Shown one piece after another: positions 19,452 to 30,814 of a stretch of 32,000 nt of DNA. A program made the translations under genes and the position numbers. Source of the stretch: Cylindrospermopsis raciborskii Cr2010 (lineage in GTDB: Bacteria; Cyanobacteriota; Cyanobacteriia; Cyanobacteriales; Nostocaceae); contig NZ_CP065936.1 of the NCBI RefSeq assembly GCF_003367075.2, positions 2,430,001 to 2,462,000 on the forward strand. The letters run 5' to 3'. The notes below the pieces were generated by a model, which worked only from the letters and a program-made list of their open reading frames with translations, was not told where the DNA came from and did not search any database. How positions within the stretch are numbered: position 1 is the first letter of the stretch; every line of letters starts with the position of its first letter.

Positions 19452-19552
19452 TAAATTATGGCACTTTGATCCACCAAAATCACAGATCAAGGCATAAAGT
19501 TAATTCGAGGGGCAAATTTTTGCCAGCAGCACCTTAAAGGGGAGGCTACTCC

Positions 19553-20497
19553 GTGGCGCAGTTTCAAATTGAATGTGTAGAGTCTAGTACCGAGGAAAGT
19601 CGTAATCATTATGGTAAGTTCGTCCTAGAACCCCTGGAAAGGGGTCAGGGAACGACGGTAGGTAATGCGTTACGACGGGTTTTGTTATCTAATTTAGAGG
19701 GAACAGCAGTTACTGCAGTAAGAATAGCTGGTGTTACCCATGAGTTTGCCACAGTTCCCGGTGTGCGGGAAGATGTGATGGAAATCATCATGCGGATGAA
19801 AGAGGTGATTCTTAAAAGCTATTCCCATCAACCGCAAATAGGAAGGTTGCTGGTTACCGGTCCCACAACGGTTACCGTAGCCCATTTTGATTTGCCTGGT
19901 GAAGTAGAGGTGATTGATCCTACCCAGTATGTAGCTACTTTAGCAGAGGGCGGCAAACTGGAAATGGAGTTTCGCATTGAAAGGGGTAAGGGCTATCGCA
20001 CTGTAGAAAAGGGAAGAGAAGAGGCCACATCCCTGGACTTTTTGCAGATTGACTCAGTATTTATGCCAGTGCGAAAAGTTAATTATAGCGTGGAAGAATC
20101 CCGTGGTGATGGTAGCTTAAAAGATCGGCTTTTGTTGGAAGTTTGGACTAATGGGAGTATTTCACCCCAGGAGGCCCTGTCTTCATCTGCGGCAATTCTG
20201 GTAGAATTATTTAACCCTCTTAAGGATATCTCCTTGGAGCCTACGGACATGGGCTTGGATATGCCAGATGATCCCACTGCCCAAATTCCTATTGAGGAGT
20301 TACAGCTATCTGTTCGTGCTTACAACTGCCTGAAACGCGCTCAAGTTAATTCTGTAGCAGATTTGTTGGATTATACCCAAGAGGATTTGTTAGAAATCAA
20401 GAACTTTGGTCAAAAATCGGCAGAAGAAGTGGTGGAAGCCTTACAGCGTCGTCTAGGTATTACTTTACCACAGGAAAGAAGTTCTAAACAAAGCTAG
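19553..20497 (+). CDS. rpoA: DNA-directed RNA polymerase subunit alpha
   Basis: MAQFQIECVESSTEESRNHYGKFVLEPLERGQGTTVGNALRRVLLSNLEG.... C-terminal domain: LSVRAYNCLKRAQVNSVADLL. GTG start preceded by AAAGGGGAGG. Confidence 0.97.
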   Translation: MAQFQIECVESSTEESRNHYGKFVLEPLERGQGTTVGNALRRVLLSNLEGTAVTAVRIAGVTHEFATVPGVREDVMEIIMRMKEVILKSYSHQPQIGRLLVTGPTTVTVAHFDLPGEVEVIDPTQYVATLAEGGKLEMEFRIERGKGYRTVEKGREEATSLDFLQIDSVFMPVRKVNYSVEESRGDGSLKDRLLLEVWTNGSISPQEALSSSAAILVELFNPLKDISLEPTDMGLDMPDDPTAQIPIEELQLSVRAYNCLKRAQVNSVADLLDYTQEDLLEIKNFGQKSAEEVVEALQRRLGITLPQERSSKQS

Positions 20498-20530
20498 TCC
20501 GATTGTTTTTCATACTAATAGGTCCCTATT

Positions 20531-20881
20531 ATGCGTCACCGTTGTAAAGTAAAAAAACTTGGTAAACCAGCAGATCAGCGTCGTGCTTTATTGCGATCGC
20601 TGACTACGGAGCTTATACGTCATGGTCGTATTACTACCACTCTAGTTCGTGCTAAGGTAGTACGCAGTGAAGCTGAAAAAATGATAACTTTGGCAAAGGA
20701 TGGATCTTTATCAGCTCGTAGAGAGGCATTGGGTTATATCTACGATAAGTCCCTAGTCAAGTCATTGTTTGAGCAAGCACCAGATAGGTATGGTAATCGT
20801 CAAGGTGGTTACACCCGTATTTTGCATACTGTGCCCCGTCGGGGCGATCATGCCGAAATGGCGATTATTGAACTAGTGTAG
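20531..20881 (+). CDS. rplQ: 50S ribosomal protein L17
   Basis: [42 protein letters not shown]...GGYTRI. Confidence 0.97.
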   Translation: MRHRCKVKKLGKPADQRRALLRSLTTELIRHGRITTTLVRAKVVRSEAEKMITLAKDGSLSARREALGYIYDKSLVKSLFEQAPDRYGNRQGGYTRILHTVPRRGDHAEMAIIELV

Positions 20882-20910
20882 GGAATAGGGAACCCCAACC
20901 CATCCAACCC

Positions 20911-21789
20911 ATGATGTCAGATAGCCGCCAGTCCACCCCAACTTACCGAGTTGCCTTAGTTATTCAGTATCTAGGTACTAACTTCCATGGGTGGCAACGG
21001 CAAAAAGCCCAACGTACAGTCCAAGAAGAAATAGAAACAGCTATAGCCAGTGTTCTAGGGTATCATGTAACACTACATGGTGCGGGAAGGACTGATGCCG
21101 GGGTTCATGCAGCTGCTCAGGTTGCCCATTTTAATGCTACAGGGCATATACCGGCGCACAAGTGGGCAACCGTTTTGAACAGTTACTTACCCCCGGATAT
21201 ACTAATCAGGGCTTCTGCTGGTGTAAAAGAAAGTTGGCACGCTCGATTTAGTGCAACGTACCGACGATATAGATATACAATCTATACTGAAGCTCTACCA
21301 AACTTGTTTGTGAGTCCGTTTAGTTGGCATTACTATTATGCTCCCCTGGAAGAAAAGTTGATGCAAGCGGCTTTAACTCCCCTTGTGGGAAAACACCACC
21401 TAGCAGCTTTTCACCGTGCTGGATCAGCGCGATCGCATTCCTGGGTAGAAATACAAGCTGTAGAATGTGGTCGTCAGGGTTCATTAGTGCATATAGAGAT
21501 TCAAGCCAATGGATTTTTGTATGGCATGGTAAGGTTATTAGTGGGGATGTTAGTGCAGGTAGGAAGCAAACAGAAGTCCCTAGAGGATTTCACAAACATT
21601 TGGCAAACAGAAGACCGAGAAAAAGTGAAATATGCAGCACCACCTCAAGGTCTATGCTTACTAAGGGTTGGATATAGTGACTTTCCGTTTTCCCAGGAAA
21701 TTTGGTATGAAACTCAACCCTATTTAGTATTTGGTCATCGGACCGATGACGAATCAATTAAACCCGACAAAGGAAAAAATAATGAGTAG
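20911..21789 (+). CDS. truA: tRNA pseudouridine(38-40) synthase
   Basis: [12 protein letters not shown]...[19 protein letters not shown] (catalytic Asp motif GRTDAGVHA)...YRYRYTI. Confidence 0.93.
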   Translation: MMSDSRQSTPTYRVALVIQYLGTNFHGWQRQKAQRTVQEEIETAIASVLGYHVTLHGAGRTDAGVHAAAQVAHFNATGHIPAHKWATVLNSYLPPDILIRASAGVKESWHARFSATYRRYRYTIYTEALPNLFVSPFSWHYYYAPLEEKLMQAALTPLVGKHHLAAFHRAGSARSHSWVEIQAVECGRQGSLVHIEIQANGFLYGMVRLLVGMLVQVGSKQKSLEDFTNIWQTEDREKVKYAAPPQGLCLLRVGYSDFPFSQEIWYETQPYLVFGHRTDDESIKPDKGKNNE

Positions 21790-22237
21790 TAAAACTTATC
21801 TTCCTCCAGAGGAAGAGATTAAACGTGACTGGTATGTAGTAGATGCCGCAGACAAGCGTCTGGGTAGGCTAGCAAGTGAAATTGCCATGGTTCTCCGGGG
21901 TAAAAGAAAAGCTGAATATACGCCCCATTTGGACACAGGAGACTTTGTGGTAGTAATCAATGCGGAAAAAGTAGTAGTTACGGGCAAAAAACAGAGTCAA
22001 AAACTTTACCGTAGGCATTCCGGTCGTCCCGGGGGGATGAAAACAGAAACCTTTGCTAAATTGCAACAGCGCCTACCAGAAAGAATAGTCGAGCATGCTG
22101 TAAAAGGTATGTTACCTAAAAATAGCTTAGGTAGACAGTTATTCACCAAACTGAAAGTTTATAGTGGTGCGACCCATCCTCACACAGCACAAAAACCTAA
22201 AGAACTAATTATTAACACTATTCCCGGAGAAAACTAA
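21782..22237 (+). CDS. rplM: 50S ribosomal protein L13
   Basis: [41 protein letters not shown]...HSGRPGGMK. The ATG at 21782 overlaps the truA 3' end by 8 nt. The track's earlier start is inside truA. Confidence 0.95.
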   Translation: MSSKTYLPPEEEIKRDWYVVDAADKRLGRLASEIAMVLRGKRKAEYTPHLDTGDFVVVINAEKVVVTGKKQSQKLYRRHSGRPGGMKTETFAKLQQRLPERIVEHAVKGMLPKNSLGRQLFTKLKVYSGATHPHTAQKPKELIINTIPGEN

Positions 22238-22239
22238 TC

Positions 22240-22659
22240 ATGGCAACAGTAGCAGAAACTAATAGTGGTCGTGCCCTGTATTGGGGCACGGGTCGACGTA
22301 AGTCCGCAGTTGCGCAGGTACGTCTAGTGCCTGGAGAGGGTAAATTTGTGGTCAATGGCAAAGAAGGGGAATTGTACTTCCAATACAATCCCAACTACTT
22401 AGGAGTCATTAAAGCTCCTTTAGAAACTTTAGGGTTGGAAAACGAGTACGACATTTTAGTAAAAGCCAAAGGTGGCGGTCTAACTGGACAAGCGGACTCA
22501 ATTCGTTTGGGTGTAGCTCGTGCTCTATGTCAATTGGATCCGGACAATCGTTCACCCTTAAAAATTGAGGGCTATTTAACTCGGGATCCACGAGCTAAAG
22601 AGCGGAAGAAATACGGATTACATAAAGCTCGAAAAGCTCCTCAATACTCAAAACGATAG
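22240..22659 (+). CDS. rpsI: 30S ribosomal protein S9
   Basis: [25 protein letters not shown]...[19 protein letters not shown]...[27 protein letters not shown]. Confidence 0.97.
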   Translation: MATVAETNSGRALYWGTGRRKSAVAQVRLVPGEGKFVVNGKEGELYFQYNPNYLGVIKAPLETLGLENEYDILVKAKGGGLTGQADSIRLGVARALCQLDPDNRSPLKIEGYLTRDPRAKERKKYGLHKARKAPQYSKR

Positions 22660-22728
22660 TTAACGGAAAAGCTGTCGAGTTGCAAAGCTATAAAAGCTAT
22701 AATTTTGATAAACACCAAAAAAGGAAAA

Positions 22729-22962
22729 ATGGCTAAACCTGATATTCATCCCCAGTGGTATCCAGAAGCTAAAGTCTATTGTAATGGTCAGGTTGTGATG
22801 ACCATCGGTTCAACCAAACCCGAATTACACGTAGATGTTTGGTCTGGAAACCATCCCTACTACACTGGTACTCAGAAAATTATTGATGCTGAGGGTCGTG
22901 TGGAACGCTTTCTTCGTAAGTATGGCATGTCTAGCGAGCAAGGTAACAAAAAGAAAAAGTAG
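22729..22962 (+). CDS. rpmE: 50S ribosomal protein L31
   Basis: MAKPDIHPQWYPEAKVYCNGQVVMTIGSTKPELHVDVWSGNHPYYTGTQKIIDAEGRVERF. ATG at 22729. Confidence 0.95.
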   Translation: MAKPDIHPQWYPEAKVYCNGQVVMTIGSTKPELHVDVWSGNHPYYTGTQKIIDAEGRVERFLRKYGMSSEQGNKKKK

Positions 22963-24165
<1,203 letters not shown>

Positions 24166-24265
24166 AGTTACCTAACTACAATTGCAGGTTGTGGAAATTA
24201 TTGCTGCAATCTTTAGGGAGTAGTGCTATTATTCGGTTATTAAAAAAGTAAAGGGCAATTTTACT

Positions 24266-25864
24266 ATGACCAAAGCACCTGTTAGTCCTGTGGTGCTAGT
24301 CATTTTAGACGGATGGGGCTATTGTGAGGATAAACGTGGAAACGCGATCGCAGCTGCTGAAACTCCCATTATGGACGGTTTATGGGCAGGTTATCCCCAC
24401 ACCCTCATCCGCACATCAGGAAAAGCCGTAGGGTTGCCAGAGGGTCAAATGGGCAATTCAGAAGTTGGTCATTTGAACATTGGCGCTGGAAGAGTGGTTC
24501 CCCAAGAACTGGTACGCATCTCTGATGCTGTAGAAGATGGTTCTCTAGCTACTAATTCCGCACTTCTCAACATTTGCCAAGAAGTGAAATCCCGAAATGG
24601 CAAGTTGCATCTAGTTGGCCTTTGTTCTAATGGAGGGGTACATTCTCATATTACCCATCTGTTAGGCTTGCTTGATTTTGCTAAATCACAGCAAGTTTCG
24701 GACGTATGTATTCACGCTATTATGGATGGGCGTGACACCCAACCAGTGGATGGAATCAAAACCATCCAACAATTGCAAAACTATATAGACCGTGTGGGAG
24801 TAGGAAGAATAACTACTATCAGTGGTCGATATTATGCTATGGACAGAGACCGTCGTTGGGACAGGGTTCAACTGGCCTACGATGTAATGACACAAGAGGG
24901 TGCTGGTAAAGGAAAAACAGCTGTAGAGGTTTTGCAGTCTCTATATGCTGAGGGGGTAACCGATGAGTTTATCCTTCCTGTGAGAATTGCTCCTGGTGCA
25001 ATTAGTCCTGGTGATGGGGTGATATTCTTTAATTTTCGCCCAGACCGGGCCAGGGAATTGACTCAGGCTTTTGTCAGTCGTAATTTTGAGGGTTTTCCAC
25101 GGGAGCAAATTACACCCCTGTCCTTTGTGACCTTTACCCAATATGATCCCGAGTTGCCTGTATCTGTAGCATTTGCCCCCCAGAACTTACAGAATATGTT
25201 GGGTGAGGTGATTGCTAATCATGGTCTCAAGCAGTTTCGCACTGCAGAAACTGAAAAGTATGCTCATGTCACCTATTTCTTTAATGGGGGATTAGAGTAT
25301 GCTTATGAAGGTGAAGACAGAGCAATGGTAGCAAGTCCCCAGGTTCCTACATACGATAAGGAACCCCAAATGTCTGCTGACGCTGTGACAAGTTTGGCTA
25401 TTTCCGCTATAGAGAAAAGAATTTATTCTTTAATAGTGATGAATTATGCCAACCCTGACATGGTAGGACATACGGGGAAAGTGGATGCTACCGTGGTGGC
25501 CATTCAAACTGTTGATCGATGTTTGGGCAAACTGGTAGAAAGCGTGGGTAGAGCAGGTGGCACATTGATCATTACAGCTGATCATGGCAATGCTGAGTAT
25601 ATGGTAGATGAAAATGGCAGTCCCTGGACAGCTCATACTACTAACCCAGTTCCCTTGATTTTAATCGAAGGAGAAAAGCTGAAAATACCAGGATATGGTG
25701 CAAATGTTGATTTGCGTAATGATGGCAAACTATCGGACATTGCTCCCACCATTCTGGATATTTTGAAACTACCTCAACCTCCAGAAATGACTGGTAAATC
25801 CCTCTTGAGAGCGACCGAATATGATTTACAATTCCCTCGTAGACCTGTACAAGTGGGATTGTAA
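24266..25864 (+). CDS. gpmI: 2,3-bisphosphoglycerate-independent phosphoglycerate mutase
   Basis: 532 aa. VVLVILDGWGY...GNSEVGHLNIGAGR...ADHGNAE...HT.NPVP motifs of iPGM. Confidence 0.96.
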   Translation: MTKAPVSPVVLVILDGWGYCEDKRGNAIAAAETPIMDGLWAGYPHTLIRTSGKAVGLPEGQMGNSEVGHLNIGAGRVVPQELVRISDAVEDGSLATNSALLNICQEVKSRNGKLHLVGLCSNGGVHSHITHLLGLLDFAKSQQVSDVCIHAIMDGRDTQPVDGIKTIQQLQNYIDRVGVGRITTISGRYYAMDRDRRWDRVQLAYDVMTQEGAGKGKTAVEVLQSLYAEGVTDEFILPVRIAPGAISPGDGVIFFNFRPDRARELTQAFVSRNFEGFPREQITPLSFVTFTQYDPELPVSVAFAPQNLQNMLGEVIANHGLKQFRTAETEKYAHVTYFFNGGLEYAYEGEDRAMVASPQVPTYDKEPQMSADAVTSLAISAIEKRIYSLIVMNYANPDMVGHTGKVDATVVAIQTVDRCLGKLVESVGRAGGTLIITADHGNAEYMVDENGSPWTAHTTNPVPLILIEGEKLKIPGYGANVDLRNDGKLSDIAPTILDILKLPQPPEMTGKSLLRATEYDLQFPRRPVQVGL

Positions 25865-25921
25865 GTAAGTTATACTTTTTCGTATTTCCAAGTAATAGCG
25901 ATTCCAGGTCGCAATAGGGAT

Positions 25922-25944
25922 AAAACCTGCACTTGCAGGTTTTT
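25922..25944 (+). terminator. Rho-independent terminator downstream of gpmI
   Basis: AAAACCTGC-ACTT-GCAGGTTTTT: a 9-bp stem, a 4-nt loop and a U-tract. The A-tract on the 5' side makes it potentially bidirectional. Confidence 0.65.
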
Positions 25945-26022
25945 ATCACATCATAGTTATTTGGAGAACTTACAATTTTTGGTTAACGTCATTATTCAAG
26001 TTCAATTTCACACCATTTTCAC

Positions 26023-26256
26023 ATGAACATTAATAACATTCTACAAGGAATTTGGGCTTTTTCCGCTTTGGGTTTAATTGTTTTAGTCTTGCTACATAGT
26101 CCCAAGGGTGATGGTATTGGAGCTATTGGTGGACAAGCTCAACTTTTTAGCAGTACTAAAAGTGCTGAAAATACACTCAATCGTGTCACTTGGGCCCTGG
26201 CAGTAATTTTCCTGGGTTTAACAGTGGTTTTAAGTTCTAACTGGTTGCCAAAATAG
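26023..26256 (+). CDS. secG: Preprotein translocase subunit SecG
   Basis: 77 aa, two TM helices. LVLLHSPKGDGIGAIGGQAQLFSSTKSAE is the SecG signature. Confidence 0.9.
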   Translation: MNINNILQGIWAFSALGLIVLVLLHSPKGDGIGAIGGQAQLFSSTKSAENTLNRVTWALAVIFLGLTVVLSSNWLPK

Positions 26257-26306
26257 CGTACAATTGGTAGGAATTCACCAGTTTCCAACCGATTCTCTCC
26301 CGAAAT

Positions 26307-27052
26307 ATGGCTTACTACATCTCTACCCGGTTTTTGGACAAAATAGCCGTTCATATCACTAAAAACTTTCTCAATCTCCCAGGAGTGCGCGTTCCGCTGA
26401 TTTTAGGAATTCATGGTAGAAAGGGAGAAGGAAAATCGTTTCAATGCGAATTGGCATTTGAAAAAATGGGCGTAGGTGTCACTCTCATTTCTGGAGGGGA
26501 ATTAGAAAGTCCAGATGCGGGGGATCCAGCGCGATTAATTCGTCTGCGCTATCGAGAGACTGCGGAACTGGTTAAGGTTCGCGGTAAAATGTGCGTGCTG
26601 ATGATTAATGATTTAGACGCAGGTGCGGGTAGATTTGACGAGGGAACTCAATACACTTAGTTGGTGAATATAATCCTAGGGGTTATCAAGCTCAATCCCC
26701 TGTCAAAGAATTACCGACTTTCCAATCTAATCATGATCACAATGACCAAAATGTTCCACATAACACTTTAGAAAATAGCCCGCCCTTAAGTCTGGTAACT
26801 CTAGACACCCAGGAGAAAATTCGTCAGGTTTTATCCCAGGGTTATAAGATCACTGTGGAATACGTTGACAAAAAACGATTTTCTATGGGATCTTGGCAAA
26901 CTTGTGGCAACTTACATATAATTGATTATGCACAAGCAATTTCCGCTTTGGAATCTTGTTTGTTGGAACACGCCGGTGAATATGTACGCTTGGTAGTTAT
27001 TGATCCTAAATTGAAGCGTCGAGTAATAGAAACTATTATTCAGCGCCCCTAG
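26307..27052 (+). pseudogene. rca: Rubisco activase (cyanobacterial Rca with C-terminal RbcS-like SSUL domain), disrupted by an internal deletion and a frameshift
   Basis: Frame A (26307-26660): [48 protein letters not shown]...[23 protein letters not shown]. This carries Walker A and Walker B only. Frame B (open 26639-27052): ...[11 protein letters not shown]...LDTQEKIRQVLSQGYKITVEYVDKKRFSMGSWQTCG...EYVRLVVIDPKLKRRVIETIIQRP*. This is the linker plus the SSUL domain. The middle of the AAA+ module is absent. Confidence 0.8.
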
Positions 27053-27107
27053 AAAAAAATCCAGGTTGCTATGGTAATGCTGGTGTAGGTTATAGGCTGT
27101 ACAAGAC

Positions 27108-28235
27108 TCATGTAGCTTTTGGTAAAACCCCATGATAAAGCTTTTCTAAACTGGTTATATTGTCACTGAGAGTATATTTTTCCAAAACGCGTTTTCTTGC
27201 TTTTTGACCTAATAGGGCAGTTAACTCTGGATGATCTTGAAATAAGGGTAAAAGAGTTCTAATTTGAGAGCGCACGGATCTCGTACTGATTACAACACCT
27301 GCTCCCTTTTCTAAAACTTCCCCATCTGCACCCACATCAGTAGCAAGACATGCCAAACCGCAGGACATAGCTTCTAATAAAGATAGAGATAAGCCTTCGA
27401 CTAAAGAAGGTAAAATAAATAAATCCGCACCTCTTAATATTTCTATACGGCGCTCCTCACTAGCAACGAAACCTAACCAGATAATACCATATTCGGAATC
27501 ATAAAATGGCTCCAGTGAAGATCTCAAAGGACCATCGCCAACTATTAACAGCTTGCTAGTAAGTGACATGGTTGACTGTTTCCATGCTCTCAGTAGGGAT
27601 TCGACGTTTTTTTCCGGTGCGATACGACCTTGATAAACAAATAGTCGTTCTGCATTAAATTCATCTTTTACCTTAGATTTACCAGGAGAGTATTTCACAG
27701 TATCTACCCCATTAGGGATAACAGCAATTTTTGCCTCCCTAACTCCCATTTTTACCAATAATTCTTTTTGAATTTGGGAAAATACAATCACCCGATGATA
27801 GTTGTCCAAAAAAGGAGCATATAACTGGTACGCTAGTAGTTGAGTACCGGAGATCAATTTAGCACCTTTACCCGCAAAAGGAGTATGGAAAGTGGCCACT
27901 AGGGGAATATCTAGTTCCTGACAAATTTCGGGTAAAACAAAGTCAAGGGTAGATAAGGTTAAGGAAGCATGAACTATTTGGGGTTGTATTTCCCGTAGCG
28001 CGTCTTTTAAAACTTTAGTTGCATTAAAAGCGGGAAGTGTGTAAACTTGCGACTTATAAATAAATGGTAAGGGAACTTCCTTAAAATTTGGCCAGTTATC
28101 AGGTTGAGATTCTTCCTGGGCAAAGTGTAAAAAACTTACATCATGTCCCCTGTCTAACAGACCATTTGTAATTTCCCTACTGTAAGTAACATTGCCACAA
28201 AAGGGTGATTTTTTTCCAATCCAGGCTATACGCAT
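27108..28235 (-). CDS. Glycosyltransferase, GT4 family (group 1)
   Basis: 375 aa. MRIAWIGKKSPFCGNVTY... at the N-terminus (GT-B fold). C-terminal E-x7-E motif: PSLVEGLSLSLLEAMSCGLA. Confidence 0.88.
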   Translation of the reverse strand: MRIAWIGKKSPFCGNVTYSREITNGLLDRGHDVSFLHFAQEESQPDNWPNFKEVPLPFIYKSQVYTLPAFNATKVLKDALREIQPQIVHASLTLSTLDFVLPEICQELDIPLVATFHTPFAGKGAKLISGTQLLAYQLYAPFLDNYHRVIVFSQIQKELLVKMGVREAKIAVIPNGVDTVKYSPGKSKVKDEFNAERLFVYQGRIAPEKNVESLLRAWKQSTMSLTSKLLIVGDGPLRSSLEPFYDSEYGIIWLGFVASEERRIEILRGADLFILPSLVEGLSLSLLEAMSCGLACLATDVGADGEVLEKGAGVVISTRSVRSQIRTLLPLFQDHPELTALLGQKARKRVLEKYTLSDNITSLEKLYHGVLPKAT

Positions 28236-28329
28236 TCTTTATTTGGCTACGAAAAATTGAGAAATTATGTTGTAAACAATTGTAGCACAAAACTTAGTGG
28301 TTTTTGAGCTGTTAATTAACTTTTATCAA

Positions 28330-29928
28330 CTAATGATTGCTTGAATTATACCAGGTAATTATTCCTCCGCCAAATACAATGACGGATAAAAGCAAAAAAA
28401 CTGACCTTAACCCAATAAAATTCTCCGCTATACCAGCTAAAGCTAGAGGTAGGGTTAGAGCAATGTTAATCACGTTATTTTGCAGTCCAAACACTTTACC
28501 ACGCATTTCTGCTGGGGTTTCGGTTTGAATAGTCGTTTGCATGGGAATACCGACCAAAGCCCCAAAAACACCTAGCAATGCTATAAATAGCAGTACGGGC
28601 CATAGTTGGTTTGTGAAGATAGCAAGACCAATCAAAGATCCCGACATTCCCAAGGAACCCCACAAACTCAACTGTCCATAAGTAAAACTGCGACCGAACT
28701 GTCCCACAATTGTAGCACCAGCAGCAATACCCACACCACCTGCGGCTAGTAAAAAACCAAATTGGGAGGCCTTTAAATTGGGGATAATTTCTGCCATGCG
28801 AACTGCTAAAACAGTAAGCGCTGCAAATACGGAAAATAATATGGTTAACTGTAGCATGGCATTTCTAATGCTGCGATTGGACTTGAGGTAGTTCAAACCA
28901 TCCCACAAGTCAGATAAAAGATGAGGAAATTCTGTTTCTGGAGGATGAGGTTTTTCCTTAGTTTGAATTAGGAGTAAAATAATACCAGCAACACCATAAC
29001 TACCGCCAACTAAAATTTCCTTGCCCAGTCCACCAGGACCACCGAATTTTGCCCAGAGACTATCAGCTAAAACTAAAACTGGTTCACCTACTGCAAAACC
29101 AATAATTACCGATGCCATCATTGTAGTTGTGTACAGGGAATTGGCAGAGAGTAAATATTGTTCTTCCACCACCAGAGGAATAGTGGCCTGTTCTGCAGGG
29201 GCAAAAAATTGGGTGAAGGTAGAAACTAAAAAGGTTACCAGTAAAATCATTAAAAAACCTACTGGCAAAGCGCCTATAGGATGCCAATCATGAGTTAACC
29301 AGATTAAAAAGGGAATGGCAATAACTAGAACACCACGCCAAATATTAGATGCTACTAGTACAGCTTTTTTTGACCAGCGGTCTACAAATACGCCAGCAAC
29401 AGAACCAAACAAGACTGCGGGAATGGTAAAAATCATCATTAGGGCTGAAACCCAACCACTAATACTTTGACCCCTTTGTTGAAACTCACTGTTGATTAAG
29501 GCAATCATGAGAACTAGATATACTTTGTCAGCTAATTGACAAAAGATTTGTCCCCCCCAAAGTGCTAGAAAATTGCGATTTTTTAATACTGGGAAAAATC
29601 CTTCTTTTTCATGCTTATTACTAGCTTTTAGATCTGATCCAGAACCGTCTTTATCTTCTAGGTCTAGTTGTGGTGGTGTCTCTTCTAAAACTGCTTTTTC
29701 TTTTTCATGAATGGTCTCAACAGATCCATTAATAGGATTTACCTCCAGAGGAAGATCCGAGTTGGTGGGAGGTGATTTTGGTAAATCACTTGTCTTGGTT
29801 TTTTCCATGGAAAATCCCTTCACGGATCTTTGCTGGTGATTATCTTGGTATGATTTCACCCTATTCTTGTGTTTAACTTTGGGTGATAAGGGCTGGTTGT
29901 TTCTATCTAAATCAGACGATTGCATCAT
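28330..29928 (-). CDS. MFS-type transporter with a hydrophilic N-terminal extension of about 110 aa
   Basis: About 12 hydrophobic segments after [27 protein letters not shown], including the MFS-like loop [10 protein letters not shown]. The ATG at 29928 is preferred (the track uses a TTG at 29940). Either start overlaps the recO stop at 29912-29914. Confidence 0.8.
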   Translation of the reverse strand: MMQSSDLDRNNQPLSPKVKHKNRVKSYQDNHQQRSVKGFSMEKTKTSDLPKSPPTNSDLPLEVNPINGSVETIHEKEKAVLEETPPQLDLEDKDGSGSDLKASNKHEKEGFFPVLKNRNFLALWGGQIFCQLADKVYLVLMIALINSEFQQRGQSISGWVSALMMIFTIPAVLFGSVAGVFVDRWSKKAVLVASNIWRGVLVIAIPFLIWLTHDWHPIGALPVGFLMILLVTFLVSTFTQFFAPAEQATIPLVVEEQYLLSANSLYTTTMMASVIIGFAVGEPVLVLADSLWAKFGGPGGLGKEILVGGSYGVAGIILLLIQTKEKPHPPETEFPHLLSDLWDGLNYLKSNRSIRNAMLQLTILFSVFAALTVLAVRMAEIIPNLKASQFGFLLAAGGVGIAAGATIVGQFGRSFTYGQLSLWGSLGMSGSLIGLAIFTNQLWPVLLFIALLGVFGALVGIPMQTTIQTETPAEMRGKVFGLQNNVINIALTLPLALAGIAENFIGLRSVFLLLSVIVFGGGIITWYNSSNH

Positions 29929-30808
29929 GGTTGGGAGCAAAATAGGAATCTATCAACGTAGCAGAGCGAATAGGAAAACCCAGGTGGTACTGAGTATAAT
30001 GGCGCAAGATCTGCTCAACAGATAACCAGCTATCATCATAGGCTGAATCTATTTGTATTATCCCTGGTTGGGATAAATATTGGAGCATCATTAATTCTTT
30101 TGCTCCCAATCGACGGGAAATTTTTGGTAACTCTTGGTGGTGCAAAACCCTTTCAAAGTCATTTTCTGGGATTTTTGGCTCATGAAAGTTTTCCTGTTTT
30201 TTGAAGTTTTCCCAGGTTTGTAGGCAAATTGTTCCCCCCGCTGTTGTACTGAAACCAGCTTGCCATTTTGGATTGCTTAAATCCGGTATTAAGGGTTTTT
30301 GGGTTAAACAGCACACTTTGATCTGTGGGCTTATTCCAGCTAATTTTAACATATCAAAGACTCCCTTAGCTAAATGTGCTACTATGGCAATCTGGGGAAT
30401 TGGGGGGAGGGAATCTAAGGTGTCCAGATGTTGATTTAATAGGTCATATAGCTCTACTTGGGTATGCTCCTCCAATGCTTGATGGAGGGCAATTTCTGCT
30501 AGGTATTGACTCGCTGCCAGTTTTCCTAAACTTTTGGTGAGTCCAGGATAGGTCTTGAGGGTCTGTGCTTGGTTAATCTTATAAAGGTTTGATGTTTGAG
30601 TAGGGTTAGATTTGCCAAGGGAAATCAACAATTCATTCACTGTGAATATTCCACTTCTACCATTTAGGCTGGATTGGTACTTTCTGGAACCAGGGGCGAT
30701 CGCCTTAATTAGGCCCAACTCCCTGGTTAACACGGTGAGTATTTTATCCGACTCACCTAGAAACTGGCTTTTGAGATTGATTCCCCTTACGTGATAACTC
30801 CCGTTCAT
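29912..30808 (-). CDS. recO: DNA repair protein RecO
   Basis: [58 protein letters not shown] matches the RecO N-terminal OB-fold region. Confidence 0.88.
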   Translation of the reverse strand: MNGSYHVRGINLKSQFLGESDKILTVLTRELGLIKAIAPGSRKYQSSLNGRSGIFTVNELLISLGKSNPTQTSNLYKINQAQTLKTYPGLTKSLGKLAASQYLAEIALHQALEEHTQVELYDLLNQHLDTLDSLPPIPQIAIVAHLAKGVFDMLKLAGISPQIKVCCLTQKPLIPDLSNPKWQAGFSTTAGGTICLQTWENFKKQENFHEPKIPENDFERVLHHQELPKISRRLGAKELMMLQYLSQPGIIQIDSAYDDSWLSVEQILRHYTQYHLGFPIRSATLIDSYFAPNHDAIV

Positions 30809-30814
30809 TAGTAA

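Noticed and set aside
6858-20881. Absence of rpsJ before rplC, rpsN between rplE and rpsH, rpmD after rpsE, and rpsD after rpsK.
   Set aside because: This is the known cyanobacterial/plastid organisation: S10 sits with tufA, S14 and S4 are encoded elsewhere, and L30 is absent. It is not a deletion or anomaly. truA-rplM-rpsI-rpmE following rplQ is also a known cyanobacterial arrangement, as far as I recall.
25641-25949. 102-aa minus-strand ORF spanning the gpmI 3' end and its terminator.
   Set aside because: It overlaps the gpmI coding sequence and the terminator hairpin. The sequence is not protein-like.
26855-27052. A 65-aa ORF read as an independent small RbcS-like gene.
   Set aside because: Its reading frame continues upstream without a start codon through typical Rca linker sequence, and it lacks a ribosome-binding site. 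It is best explained as the 3' remnant of the disrupted rca, although expression is not excluded.
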